Of a stretch of 64,000 bases of DNA, positions 10,324 through 20,200 are shown piece after piece. Made by a program: the position numbers and the translations under genes. The stretch is from Verrucomicrobiales bacterium (GTDB lineage Bacteria; Verrucomicrobiota; Verrucomicrobiia; Verrucomicrobiales; Akkermansiaceae). The notes under the pieces are model-generated. The model saw only the letters and a program-made list of their open reading frames with translations, searched no databases and was not told the origin of the DNA. Numbering within the stretch: position 1 is the stretch's first letter; the number at the start of each line of letters is the position of its first letter. The stretch covers positions 8,404 to 72,403 of the forward strand of contig JBBRCO010000002.1 in assembly GCA_038204755.1 (NCBI GenBank), written 5' to 3'.

Positions 10324-11546
10324 GCATGTTGGAAAGTCTATCAACCAATCCGCCACTCTGGTCTCCCGAGTTGCTGCCACGCCTGCCGCAGCGACTGGTG
10401 GAACAGTTGCTCATTTGGATCGGTGCGCCTGAATGGCTGGTATTGATCGCTGGATTTGTTGTCGCCGCCTCCACGGTGGTGGGGGTTTTCGCCGGTGGCT
10501 TTGCCTTGCTCTCCTTGATTGAGAGAAAAACGCTGGCACGTATCCAGAACCGCATCGGCCCGAACCGCGCGGGCTGGTTCGGCATCCTGCAACCGGTTGC
10601 GGACGGCATTAAGATGCTGACCAAGGAGGATATCGTGCCCACCAAAGCCGAGTGGCTGTTGCACTTGTCAGCTCCTGTCATGATCGTGTTGCCCGCGATT
10701 CTTGCTCTTGGCGTGCTGCCATACGGTCGCGAATGGACGCCGGTGCCGCTGGAACTCGGGCTGTTATTTTTCTTCTCGGTCGGCGCGATGACAGAGGTCT
10801 CGATATTCATGGCAGGCTGGGCGAGTGGATCGAAATTTCCCATGCTCGGCGCGATGCGGGCGATCTCACAGATGGTGAGCTACGAGCTGCCGCTGATCAT
10901 TTCGTCGCTCGGTGTGGTCATGGTGTCCGGTTCGCTCTCACTGCCGCAGTTGGTAGAGAAACAATCGGGCTTTCATCTCGGATTCATTCCGGCGTGGAAC
11001 ATTTTCACGCCGTGGGGATTGCTCGCTGGCATCGTTTTTTACATCGCCGCCCTGGCCGAGGCGAACCGCTGCCCGTTCGATCTGCCGGAAGGTGAGTCGG
11101 AAATCGTCGCCGGTCACATGACGGAATACTCGGGCTTCAAATATGCCCTCTTTTTCATGGGCGAATACCTCGGGCTTTTTGCGATCAGTGGCTTGGGGAT
11201 AACCTTGTTTCTCGGTGGCTGGCAGGCCCCGCTGCCGGGTCTTGATTTCGTGCCTTCCTGGATCTGGTTCTTCGCGAAACTCGCGGTGATCATCATGTCT
11301 TTCCTATGGATTCGCGGGACGTTTCCACGGGTGCGCATCGACCAACTCATGCGCTTTGCATGGCTCTGCTTGGTCCCGATGGCGCTCGTCACATTGCCTG
11401 CCGCCGCGATCTGGCATTTCACGGGCAGGGGAGCGGTGGCGTGGCTTGTCACCGGACCACTTCTGTTGATTCCCTGGGTCATTCTCACGGTTATCTTTAA
11501 TCGGCGTCTCGCTCCTGCAAACCGTCACTACCACTTCGCCGAATGA
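10320..11546 (+). CDS. nuoH: NADH-quinone oxidoreductase subunit H
   Basis: ERK..ARIQNRIGPN, QPVADGIKMLTKED, PFDLPEGESE. Confidence 0.96.
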   Translation: MSMLESLSTNPPLWSPELLPRLPQRLVEQLLIWIGAPEWLVLIAGFVVAASTVVGVFAGGFALLSLIERKTLARIQNRIGPNRAGWFGILQPVADGIKMLTKEDIVPTKAEWLLHLSAPVMIVLPAILALGVLPYGREWTPVPLELGLLFFFSVGAMTEVSIFMAGWASGSKFPMLGAMRAISQMVSYELPLIISSLGVVMVSGSLSLPQLVEKQSGFHLGFIPAWNIFTPWGLLAGIVFYIAALAEANRCPFDLPEGESEIVAGHMTEYSGFKYALFFMGEYLGLFAISGLGITLFLGGWQAPLPGLDFVPSWIWFFAKLAVIIMSFLWIRGTFPRVRIDQLMRFAWLCLVPMALVTLPAAAIWHFTGRGAVAWLVTGPLLLIPWVILTVIFNRRLAPANRHYHFAE

Positions 11547-12058
11547 TTCCGCTCCTTGTTCTAACGTCTGTAATCCTCATCGCTGCTCTCGGTGCGGTGT
11601 GGAAAGCCCGTCCTGTCCATGCGGCACTGCTTCTGGCGCTCATGCTCGCTTTGAATGCCGTGCTCTATCTGGTAGTCGGGGCGCATTTCATCGGCCTTGT
11701 CCAGTTCATGGTCTATGTCGGTGCGGTGGCTGTGCTGATTGTCTTCTCGCTGCTCATCACCCGCCCCGGGGACGAGGCGGAGGAGTTGATAAGGCGTCCG
11801 GAATCGCTGGCTATCGGTCTTGTCTGCACGCTGCCGGTTTTGATTGTGCTGGGCACTTCGGTTTCACGCATGCCCCTCACAGATTCCAATGTTACCGATG
11901 CTCCCGCACTTCCTGTCGAACGGTTAGGAGAAATTCTTTTCACCACGCATGCCCCTGCGGTGATCGCTATGGGTGTGCTGCTGACCTCCGTGATGATTGG
12001 TGCCGCGCTGCTCGCCCGCGAACCCGGTAAAAAACAGCTAACCCCTTCCGAAAAATGA
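11543..12058 (+). CDS. nuoJ: NADH-quinone oxidoreductase subunit J
   Basis: Q..VYVGAVAVL motif, 5 TM helices. Confidence 0.92.
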   Translation: MIPLLVLTSVILIAALGAVWKARPVHAALLLALMLALNAVLYLVVGAHFIGLVQFMVYVGAVAVLIVFSLLITRPGDEAEELIRRPESLAIGLVCTLPVLIVLGTSVSRMPLTDSNVTDAPALPVERLGEILFTTHAPAVIAMGVLLTSVMIGAALLAREPGKKQLTPSEK

Positions 12059-12366
12059 CGCCGCTCGCCCTGCTGCTCACGCTTTCCTCGGTCCTATTCA
12101 CGCTCGGTCTCTTCGCCGTGCTGACCCGCCGCAATGCGATCCTGATTCTCGTCGGCATCGAGCTGATGCTCAATGCGGCCAATATCAACTTCATCGCCTT
12201 CTGGCGTTATGGCCCGCCCGATCCAGAGCTCACCGGGCCGATGTTTGTGCTTTTCTCCATCGCCATTGCCGCCGCCGAAGCCGCCGTGGGTCTGGCCATC
12301 ATCCTGATGGTTTTCCGCCACACCCGTTCGACCGACCTCAACCGTCTTGATTCCCTCCATGGCTGA
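12055..12366 (+). CDS. nuoK: NADH-quinone oxidoreductase subunit K
   Basis: IELMLNAAN, AAAEAAVGLA. Confidence 0.95.
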   Translation: MTPLALLLTLSSVLFTLGLFAVLTRRNAILILVGIELMLNAANINFIAFWRYGPPDPELTGPMFVLFSIAIAAAEAAVGLAIILMVFRHTRSTDLNRLDSLHG

Positions 12367-14398
12367 AGCACTTAAACCTTATCTTCCCTGCCTGCTTTGG
12401 TGGGTGCCGCTGTTACCATTATTAGCGGGTGGCATCATCGCATTCCTGCCTAACGGACGTGGCCGCGCCGCTTCCAAGCTGGCGATCGGTGCTTTGTTCG
12501 TTTCTTGTTTGATCGCGCTTGGCGCGTTGGTGTGCGCGTTGGCTCCGTCCGAGGGGGAACCCCTGGTGGCGACTGTCCTTCCATGGTTCACTTTTGGCGA
12601 TGTGGCGATAAAGGTCGGCCTGCTGCTCGATCCGATGAGCGCGGCGATGGCGGCGATGGTGACATTCGTGGCGTTGTGGATTTTCATCTACAGCCTCGGA
12701 TACATGCATCATGAACCGCGTTTCGGCAGGTTCTTCGGATTCCTATCCCTGTTCTGCGGCGCGATGTTGATGGTGGTTCTCGCTAACAGCCTGCTGCTTC
12801 TTTTCATCGCGTGGGAACTTGTCGGTCTCGCCTCGTATCTGCTCATCGGTTTCTATTACGAAAAACCTTCCGCCGCCGCTGCCGCGCAGAAAGCATTCAT
12901 CACCACCCGTGTCGGTGATATGGCGTTTTTCCTTGGTTTGATCTGGCTCAACTGCCAATCCGGCACGCTGCTTTTTTATGACAACGGCCACGGTTTGCTG
13001 GAATCCGGCGCGCTCACCTCGTTGGCGGGCACCACGACGATCGGCGGGCTAACGGTTTCTGCGGCGGCTTCGCTGCTATTGTTGGTCGGTGCGATGGGGA
13101 AATCCGGGCAAGTACCGTTGCACACGTGGTTGCCCGATGCCATGGAAGGTCCGACTCCGGTGTCCGCGCTGATCCACGCTGCGACGATGGTAGCCGCTGG
13201 CGTGTTCATGGTGGCCCGCACCCATCCGATTTTCGCCAACGGCGGTGGGTTGACGGCTCCTCTAACAGCCTGCGCGTGGATCGGAGGAATCACTGCGCTT
13301 TACGCGGCGCTGGTCGCTCTGGCGCAAACCGACATCAAGCGCATCCTCGCCTACTCGACGGTTTCGCAACTTGGTTTCATGATGGTAGCCCTCGGCACCG
13401 GCGGTGTGGCGGCCGCGATGTTCCACTTGATCGCCCACGCGTTTTTCAAAGCACTGCTCTTCCTATCCGCTGGCTCGGTGATTCACGGATGCCACGAAGA
13501 ACAGGACATCCGCAAAATGGGCGGGCTGCGTGCGGCGATGCCGAAAACATTCATCGCGTATGCGGTAGGCATGATGGCGCTTTCGGGCTTCCCGTTTGTT
13601 TTCTCCGGATTCTGGAGCAAGGAGGCGATCCTTCACAGCGCCCAAGCCTGGCCGGGAGGTATGGGGCCGTTTCTGCTAGCTGCCACCGCCGCCCTGCTTA
13701 CCGCATTCTATATGACACGCCAGGCGCTGCTCGTATTCTTTGGCACACCGCGCAAACCCGGGATTTCTCATCCGCATGAGAGTGCGGCGATCATGCTGGT
13801 GCCGCTCTATGTGCTGGCTGCTGGAGCGGTGTTGCTCTCATTGGTCGGCACTCCGATCTGGCCTTGGTTTGAATCATGGATCGATGGCGAGCACGCCACC
13901 TTTGATGCCGGCGCTCTAGCCAAACACGGTTCACCGGCGCTCATCGCGCTTTCACTGACCATCGTCACGCTCGGTGTGGGCGTGGCCTGGCTGATCTATC
14001 GGAAACCATCGCAAGACAGCAGTGCATCTGACCCCGTGGAGCGCAGGATCGGCGGACTTTGGGAATTTCTCGCGTCCGGCATGGGCTTCGATGCGCTTTA
14101 CGAAAAGGCCATTATCGGGCCTCTGGCATTTCTAGCTGGTGGCGTGGATTCAGTGGAGCGGCAGTTCTTCGTGCCGCTGATGGGTGCTGCCGAAGGCCTT
14201 CTCAAAGGGTTGGGCCGTCTGACCGGAGCATCCGATGAAAAGGGCCTGAACGATGGTTTCAACGGTGTTTGTGCGGGGCTGATCAAACATGCCAGTTCCA
14301 CATCAAGATCCCAGTCCGGTCGTCCGCAGTCCTATCTCCGGGGCATCGGGCTCGCGATGTCTATTTTGTTAGTTGTCTATTTCTGGCTCAGCGCCTAG
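12359..14398 (+). CDS. nuoL: NADH-quinone oxidoreductase subunit L with extended amphipathic helix
   Basis: WELVGLASYLLIGF, GKSGQVPLHTWLPDAMEGPTPVSALIHAATMV, HAFFKALLF. Confidence 0.96.
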   Translation: MAEALKPYLPCLLWWVPLLPLLAGGIIAFLPNGRGRAASKLAIGALFVSCLIALGALVCALAPSEGEPLVATVLPWFTFGDVAIKVGLLLDPMSAAMAAMVTFVALWIFIYSLGYMHHEPRFGRFFGFLSLFCGAMLMVVLANSLLLLFIAWELVGLASYLLIGFYYEKPSAAAAAQKAFITTRVGDMAFFLGLIWLNCQSGTLLFYDNGHGLLESGALTSLAGTTTIGGLTVSAAASLLLLVGAMGKSGQVPLHTWLPDAMEGPTPVSALIHAATMVAAGVFMVARTHPIFANGGGLTAPLTACAWIGGITALYAALVALAQTDIKRILAYSTVSQLGFMMVALGTGGVAAAMFHLIAHAFFKALLFLSAGSVIHGCHEEQDIRKMGGLRAAMPKTFIAYAVGMMALSGFPFVFSGFWSKEAILHSAQAWPGGMGPFLLAATAALLTAFYMTRQALLVFFGTPRKPGISHPHESAAIMLVPLYVLAAGAVLLSLVGTPIWPWFESWIDGEHATFDAGALAKHGSPALIALSLTIVTLGVGVAWLIYRKPSQDSSASDPVERRIGGLWEFLASGMGFDALYEKAIIGPLAFLAGGVDSVERQFFVPLMGAAEGLLKGLGRLTGASDEKGLNDGFNGVCAGLIKHASSTSRSQSGRPQSYLRGIGLAMSILLVVYFWLSA

Positions 14399-14402
14399 TG
14401 TC

Positions 14403-15926
14403 ATGATTCTACTTTCGCTCATACTGCTACCACTTCTGGGTGCTTTCTGGCTCGCAGTCCGTCCCTGCATGGCGCGGGAATGCTCGGCGCGGCTTGCGCT
14501 GGCATGGTCGTTCCTGCCGCTGATTCTGGTCGTATGGTTAGGAATTTCGGATGGGGCGAAAGCCGAGTGGTCACTGACATGGCTGCCAGATGCGGCGATG
14601 AATCTCCGCTTCAGCGTCGATGGTATTTCCTGGCTGTTCCTGCTGCTCACCGCGCTGGTGACTTCGTTTGCGCTGGCGGCTTCACTGGGGAACGAGCGCA
14701 CCAGTCGTGGCTATTTCGCACTCATTCTTGTTTTGGAGTCCGCCCTGTTCGGAGTCTTTACGGCGCGGCATTTCATCCCGTGGTTCTTGTGTTGGGAAAT
14801 GACATTGATCCCGTCCTATCTGCTGATCCGGCTTTGGGGCGGCAGTGGAGCCCCGCGCGCGGCCTTGCGGTTTTTCATCATGACCTTGGGCGGCAGCGCA
14901 TTCATGTTGGTGGGATTCCTTGCCTTGCAGCTTGCCGTGGGGACGATGGATTTTGATGCACTGGGCCAGCTTGCTAGAAACAAGGAACTCGCCGCAGGTT
15001 TGGCAAAAACCTTCGCCGCGTCTGGTTTTAGCGGCCAGGGAATGCTGACGGGTGTTGCGCTAGCGGTTTTCCTCGGGCTTGCGGTGAAAGTGCCAATTGT
15101 GCCGTTTCACGCGTGGCTGCCCGCCGCCTATGCCGAAGCACCGACTCCGGTGACGATGCTTCTAACCGGACTGCTTTCGAAAATGGGTGTATATGGTTTG
15201 CTCAGGATCTTCCTGCCGGTATTTCCCGAGGTGTTGCCCGCGATCGCACCTTTGCTGACCTGGTTGGCGGTGCTGACAGTTTTGTTGGGCGCGTTCGCAG
15301 CGCTCGCGCAAACGGACCTGAAGCGCATGCTCGCCTATTCTTCCGTCAACCACCTCGGCTACTGCGCCCTGGCAATCGCCGCTGCTGCTGCCGCGCACAC
15401 CGACCGAGCGGCCCTTTCGTCGGCCTTGTCCGGCACCGTGCTTCAAGCGATCAATCACGGCATCATCGCCTCCAGTTTGTTCTTCGGCATCAGCATTCTG
15501 GAAAGCCGCAGTGGGGGATTACGCGGGCTGAATGACTTCGGTGGTCTGCGCGCACGCACTCCCGTGTTCTGCGGCATGTTCGGGTTAGCCGTATTCGCAT
15601 CGCTCGGGCTTCCGGGCTTGAGCGGCTTCATCGGGGAGTTCCTGATCTTCAATGGTGTCTTTGCGCTGGCTCCGTGGGCGGCGGCGGTTTCGGTGCTGGG
15701 TCTGTTACTGACCGCCGTGTTTCTGCTGCGCCTGATCCGCAAGGTTTTCAACGGCCCGCTCAATCCGGCACTCTCGAAACGGGCTGATCTGACAACCGGC
15801 GAGAGGATGATTTTCGGTTTGGCCGTCGCTCTGATCGTCATTCCCGGAGTGTGGCCACAGGTGCTGCTGCGTTTTGCCAATCCCGGCATACTTCAACTTC
15901 TTGACCTTCTTCGTCCGACCCCATGA
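14403..15926 (+). CDS. nuoM: NADH-quinone oxidoreductase subunit M (copy 1)
   Basis: WE..LIP, VKVPIVPFHAWLP, SKMGVYG, AYSSVNH, SLGLPGLSGFIGE. Confidence 0.93.
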   Translation: MILLSLILLPLLGAFWLAVRPCMARECSARLALAWSFLPLILVVWLGISDGAKAEWSLTWLPDAAMNLRFSVDGISWLFLLLTALVTSFALAASLGNERTSRGYFALILVLESALFGVFTARHFIPWFLCWEMTLIPSYLLIRLWGGSGAPRAALRFFIMTLGGSAFMLVGFLALQLAVGTMDFDALGQLARNKELAAGLAKTFAASGFSGQGMLTGVALAVFLGLAVKVPIVPFHAWLPAAYAEAPTPVTMLLTGLLSKMGVYGLLRIFLPVFPEVLPAIAPLLTWLAVLTVLLGAFAALAQTDLKRMLAYSSVNHLGYCALAIAAAAAAHTDRAALSSALSGTVLQAINHGIIASSLFFGISILESRSGGLRGLNDFGGLRARTPVFCGMFGLAVFASLGLPGLSGFIGEFLIFNGVFALAPWAAAVSVLGLLLTAVFLLRLIRKVFNGPLNPALSKRADLTTGERMIFGLAVALIVIPGVWPQVLLRFANPGILQLLDLLRPTP

Positions 15927-17395
15927 CACCTGCCTGGACAATTCTATCATCTTTTGCCGGGGTGCTGTTGGTGCTCCTGCTGCCCGCCCGCACGTCGCGT
16001 TACCTTGCATTGGCGGCCGCGCTTGCCGGAGCTGTGGCAGCAGGAGCAGCTTGCCTCGCCCGTCTGGCTCAGCCTGCCAGCCCGGTCTGGGAATACGACC
16101 ATACATGGATTCCCGAGCTCGGCATCCGCTTTCACCTCGCAGCCGACGGGCTTTCTCTAACGATGTTGCTGCTTACCGGCATTGTGTCAGTGGCAGGTGT
16201 GTTGTTCTCATGGAATGTGACGCTTCGGCCGCGGGCGTTCTTCGCGTTTTTCCTGACGATCATCGGTGGTGTGTATGGCGTTTTCCTCAGCCGTGATGCT
16301 TTCCTGCTGTTTGTCTGTTATGAAATCGTGATCCTGCCGAAATACATGCTCATCGCCATCTGGGGATCGACCAACCGCGAATACGGCGCGATGAAGCTAA
16401 CGATGTATTCCATCGGTGCCAGTGCTCTGATCTTGGTTGGACTGGTGGTGGCATACGCCGCAGCGGGTGCGACCAGCTTTGATCTGATACACCTTGCTCA
16501 CACAAACTATCCGGTGGCGTTGCAAGCGTGGGCGTTTCCGATTCTTTTCCTCGGTTTTGCGATCCTCGCGGGCATGTGGCCGTTCCATACCTGGGCGCCC
16601 ACCGGTCACGTGGCGGCTCCGACCGCCGCATCCATGTTGCTCGCCGGGGTGGTGATGAAACTCGGTGCGTATGGTGCGCTGTGCGTCGCGATGCCTTTGT
16701 TCCCTCAAGGTTTTGAGTTGTGGAAACCTGTGATTGCCGTGCTGGCGGTGGTCGGGATTGTTTACGGGGCGCTCACCGCGCTTTCGCAAAAGGATCTGAA
16801 ATTCGTGATCGGCTATTCCAGCGTGAGTCACATGGGATTCATTCTGCTAGGGCTTGCCACCGCGAACCACTGGGGTCTGCGGGGGGCGGTATTGCAAATG
16901 ATTTCACACGGCATCATCGCGGGATTGCTCTTCGGCATTGCCGGCAGGGTTGTCTATGAACGCACGCATACCCGCGATCTCGCAGCACTCCGGGAGTTTG
17001 ATTTATGGAAAACTCTTCCGGGTGCGGCGCTTGCATTCACCTTGGCCACCGCCGCATCGATGGGGTTGCCGGGTTTCAGCGGATTCGTGGCTGAAATTTC
17101 CGTGGTGATCGGGCTTTGGCAGACCTATCCGTGGCTGACCGCTGCGGTGGCGGTGGGAATCATTATCACGGGCGCGTTCTCACTGCGTGCTTTGCAGAAG
17201 GCGTTTTTCCCGACGCGGAATGAAGGCGATGCGGCGGCACCGCTCCTGCCGCCGCTCACCTGGCCTGAGATCGCTGCCATCACGCTGCTGATCGCTGTTT
17301 CCCTATCCATCGGTCTCTATCCGAAACCTTGGGTAGTGCTGATCGACGATGGTCTTCGTTCTCCCTTGTTCAAATCGATCGTTACCCTACCGTGA
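15923..17395 (+). CDS. nuoM: NADH-quinone oxidoreductase subunit M (copy 2, divergent)
   Basis: PFHTWAP, MKLGAYG, GYSSVSHMG, SMGLPGFSGFVAE. Confidence 0.92.
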   Translation: MTPAWTILSSFAGVLLVLLLPARTSRYLALAAALAGAVAAGAACLARLAQPASPVWEYDHTWIPELGIRFHLAADGLSLTMLLLTGIVSVAGVLFSWNVTLRPRAFFAFFLTIIGGVYGVFLSRDAFLLFVCYEIVILPKYMLIAIWGSTNREYGAMKLTMYSIGASALILVGLVVAYAAAGATSFDLIHLAHTNYPVALQAWAFPILFLGFAILAGMWPFHTWAPTGHVAAPTAASMLLAGVVMKLGAYGALCVAMPLFPQGFELWKPVIAVLAVVGIVYGALTALSQKDLKFVIGYSSVSHMGFILLGLATANHWGLRGAVLQMISHGIIAGLLFGIAGRVVYERTHTRDLAALREFDLWKTLPGAALAFTLATAASMGLPGFSGFVAEISVVIGLWQTYPWLTAAVAVGIIITGAFSLRALQKAFFPTRNEGDAAAPLLPPLTWPEIAAITLLIAVSLSIGLYPKPWVVLIDDGLRSPLFKSIVTLP

Positions 17396-18888
17396 ACCAT
17401 TCCACGCTAATCATCCAACTTTTACCGGAGGCCGCGTTGGTGATCACCGCGCTGCTGCTTCTTGGTGTGGCCGTGGGCTACGAGTCGAAAAAGCAAACGA
17501 CCTTCCCCGTTGCGGCGGCGATTGTGCTCACTTCGCTGGGCATTTTGGTGGCCTTGACGACTTTGTTCGTCGTTCCTCAGGCAGCCGGTGACGGTTCACC
17601 GCTGGTCGCGATGGATCCACTGGCGCGGCTCTTTAAAGCGGTGGTGCTGGGCCTGGGCTTGTTAGCAGTTTGGCTGCCGCCCGCACGGCGTGAAATCCAG
17701 CAGGTCGGGGAGTTCTACGCGCTGATCCTTTTTGCCCTCACCGGCCTATCCCTTACGGTCGGAACGAACCATCTGCTCTTCCTGTTTGTCGCACTGGAGC
17801 TGGCAAGTCTCTCGCTCTATCTGCTTGCGGGTTTTTCGCGCACGCCGCGTGCAGCGGAAGCATCGCTTAAATACTTCCTGTTCGGCGGGGTTTCCGCGGC
17901 GTTCATGCTTTTCGGCCTTAGCTTCCTCTATGGTGTCTCTCACACCGCCACACTCAGCGGCTTGGCGACTGCGCTCGGGTCTGGTCCGCCATCCGTTCTG
18001 GCGATCACCGGGCTGGTGATGGTGTTGGTAGGGCTGGCTTTCAAAATGGCCGCCGCGCCATTCCATTACTGGGCACCGGATGTCTATCAGGGAGCTCCGG
18101 CGACGAGCGTGGCGGTGATATCCGCCGCCTCGAAGGCCGTGGGTCTGGTGGTGTTGGTTCGCCTGTTACTGATCGGATTCCACGCCGCAGCAGGTTCGGC
18201 GGGGTGGGGGAATATGATGCCGGGCTGGTCGATGTGGCTGGCGGTGCTTGCGGCGGTGTCGATCATTTTTGGAAACCTGCTGGCACTGGCCCAGACCAGC
18301 GTGCGACGTTTGTTGGCCTACTCCGCTGTCGCGAATACCGGCTACATGTTGGTGGCTCTCGCGGCCAACGGATCGGCGGCTGCTGGAAGCGCGTTGTTTT
18401 ACGTAGTGGTCTATGGTTTGGCGACTCTCGGTGCTTTGGCTGTGACCGCTGCCGTCGAGCGTGATCGCGGAAATGACAGCCTATCCGCGTTCGGAGGGCT
18501 TGTTCACCGCTCGCCATTTCAGGCAATCGCCCTGTTCATTTGCCTAACATCTCTAGCCGGTATTCCACCCTTGGCGGGATTTTTTGGAAAGTTCGCTCTT
18601 TTCAGCACGGCGCTGGCAGCGACTGCGGATGGCGTCAAACCCGGTCTTGTTTGGTTGGTCGGGCTGGCCGCCATCATGAGTGCGATCTCGCTTTACTACT
18701 ATCTATCTATTTTGAAGCAGGCGTTTGTGAAGGATGCTGGTGACGGGAAAACCAACACCCGCTTGAGCTGGTCTCACGCGCTGGCGGTGGGTGTCCCGGC
18801 ATTGCTGCTCATCGTGCTTGGCTTGTTTCCCTCGCTGTTGCTCAGCCCGATCACACGCGCCGTTGTTGAAACTCTCGGCCGGCGCTGA
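17392..18888 (+). CDS. nuoN: NADH-quinone oxidoreductase subunit N
   Basis: EASLKYF, FKMAAAPFHYWAPDVYQGAP, RRLLAYS, SLAGIPPLAGFFGK; GTG start overlaps the nuoM2 stop. Confidence 0.95.
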   Translation: MNHSTLIIQLLPEAALVITALLLLGVAVGYESKKQTTFPVAAAIVLTSLGILVALTTLFVVPQAAGDGSPLVAMDPLARLFKAVVLGLGLLAVWLPPARREIQQVGEFYALILFALTGLSLTVGTNHLLFLFVALELASLSLYLLAGFSRTPRAAEASLKYFLFGGVSAAFMLFGLSFLYGVSHTATLSGLATALGSGPPSVLAITGLVMVLVGLAFKMAAAPFHYWAPDVYQGAPATSVAVISAASKAVGLVVLVRLLLIGFHAAAGSAGWGNMMPGWSMWLAVLAAVSIIFGNLLALAQTSVRRLLAYSAVANTGYMLVALAANGSAAAGSALFYVVVYGLATLGALAVTAAVERDRGNDSLSAFGGLVHRSPFQAIALFICLTSLAGIPPLAGFFGKFALFSTALAATADGVKPGLVWLVGLAAIMSAISLYYYLSILKQAFVKDAGDGKTNTRLSWSHALAVGVPALLLIVLGLFPSLLLSPITRAVVETLGRR

Positions 18889-19208
18889 GTTTCAACGCGT
18901 GCAGTATCCATGATCGTCTGCACCGGCAATCATGATGAGCAGGAAAAATACCGGCGATCAAGCGCATGGTGACTGCGTTTTTGCCGACGCAGACCGCCTC
19001 CGCGAGCATGGTAATGTATCCGGCGGCCTCGTCATCCGCAAGAGCGCCGAGAAAATCCCCGCGACCGGCAAAGCCACCCAGGCCTGATAATTGAAAAAGG
19101 GCTTTCTCCCGAACCCAAACCCAAACACTAAGACGTACAATCAACGCAACTTTGTTTCCTAGCAGCTGCCAGCAGGTGGTGGTTGGATGGATCAATGGTC
19201 GGAAGCGA

Positions 19209-19595
19209 TTACGTAGCCGAGCAAAGTTCGACGATGATTCCGTCCTTATCCCTTACAAACGCCACGACCTGCCCCCATGGCTTGGCAGTTGGTGGGGAAA
19301 TTGCAGTCGCACCAGCGGCGAGAGCACGCTGATAAGCAGCCTCCACGTCAATCGTCGTAAAAGCCACTTCGAACCCTGCTGCCGGTGCTAACAGCCCGTT
19401 TTCCCGGAACTCACAAGATAAGTTCGATTTCGCCAAACCATATGCAGCGAACGAGAGTTTGGTGGCCCCGGTGTCCATCTCTCCATACAAGCCCGCCTCG
19501 TGCACGAAAGCGCGCTTGAGTCCGAAGGCCTCTTCGTAAAACGCGAGCGATGCGGGCACATCTTTGACATAGAGAATCACGTAACCAAGCTTCAT
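19209..19595 (-). CDS. VOC/glyoxalase family protein
   Basis: MKLGYVILYVKDV..SLAFYE..., KPWGQ.VAFVRD.DG..VELC. Confidence 0.88.
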   Translation of the reverse strand: MKLGYVILYVKDVPASLAFYEEAFGLKRAFVHEAGLYGEMDTGATKLSFAAYGLAKSNLSCEFRENGLLAPAAGFEVAFTTIDVEAAYQRALAAGATAISPPTAKPWGQVVAFVRDKDGIIVELCSAT

Positions 19596-19648
19596 CAGCA
19601 GAGAGTAGCGGTTCCTCGCCGGGCACTTCAAGCTACCATTACAGCATT

Positions 19649-20020
19649 TCACCGGGGCGGGCGGTGACCACTGAATTGTAGGACGGTCATTTCGCCTTGT
19701 TCGCTCTTTTCAATCCCACCGGGCTGCCGTTTCAGCTTTGCGAGGCATTCCCGCCAGAATCCGATCTCCATCACCTCGCAGCGCACGGTGCCCGGATTCA
19801 CCTGCGTGGTGAATAGAATGTTGCCCGGTTCCTCCAACAGTTCCTCGTAAATAGCACGCAAAAGAGAAGCCAGCACTTCGTCGGCATCGTGGAGCAGGGG
19901 AGACGGGTTCTCGTTGCGCGTCCCCGGCTCCTGTGCTGAAGCCCCTTTCAGCAAAAGAATTTGATCCAGCGCGATGCCGATGTGGTCCGCCGACGAGTGA
20001 TGATCCGCGATGATCGCCAT
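19649..20020 (-). CDS. Hypothetical protein
   Basis: 123-aa ORF with plausible composition; no recognised motif. Confidence 0.35.
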   Translation of the reverse strand: MAIIADHHSSADHIGIALDQILLLKGASAQEPGTRNENPSPLLHDADEVLASLLRAIYEELLEEPGNILFTTQVNPGTVRCEVMEIGFWRECLAKLKRQPGGIEKSEQGEMTVLQFSGHRPPR

Positions 20021-20200
20021 CCGGAGGCATTTTGAATTCAGCGGCGGCAGGGTTCATGCGCGGAACATGAACGGATTGCGTCGGATTGCACCTGCATTCG
20101 TTGGTTTCCTTGTAGGGAAAATAACTGACCCTGTCTGCTGTGTTTTACCGACCGAATTAAGAGCAACGGGCCATCTGTTCATTTGTTATCCGCTCCATGA

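Noticed and set aside
12359-18888. Mrp Na+/H+ antiporter operon
   Set aside because: The antiporter-like genes sit within a full nuoA-K context, with no mrpE/F/G.
18851-19195. Short ORFs downstream of nuoN
   Set aside because: No motif; they overlap or conflict with each other.
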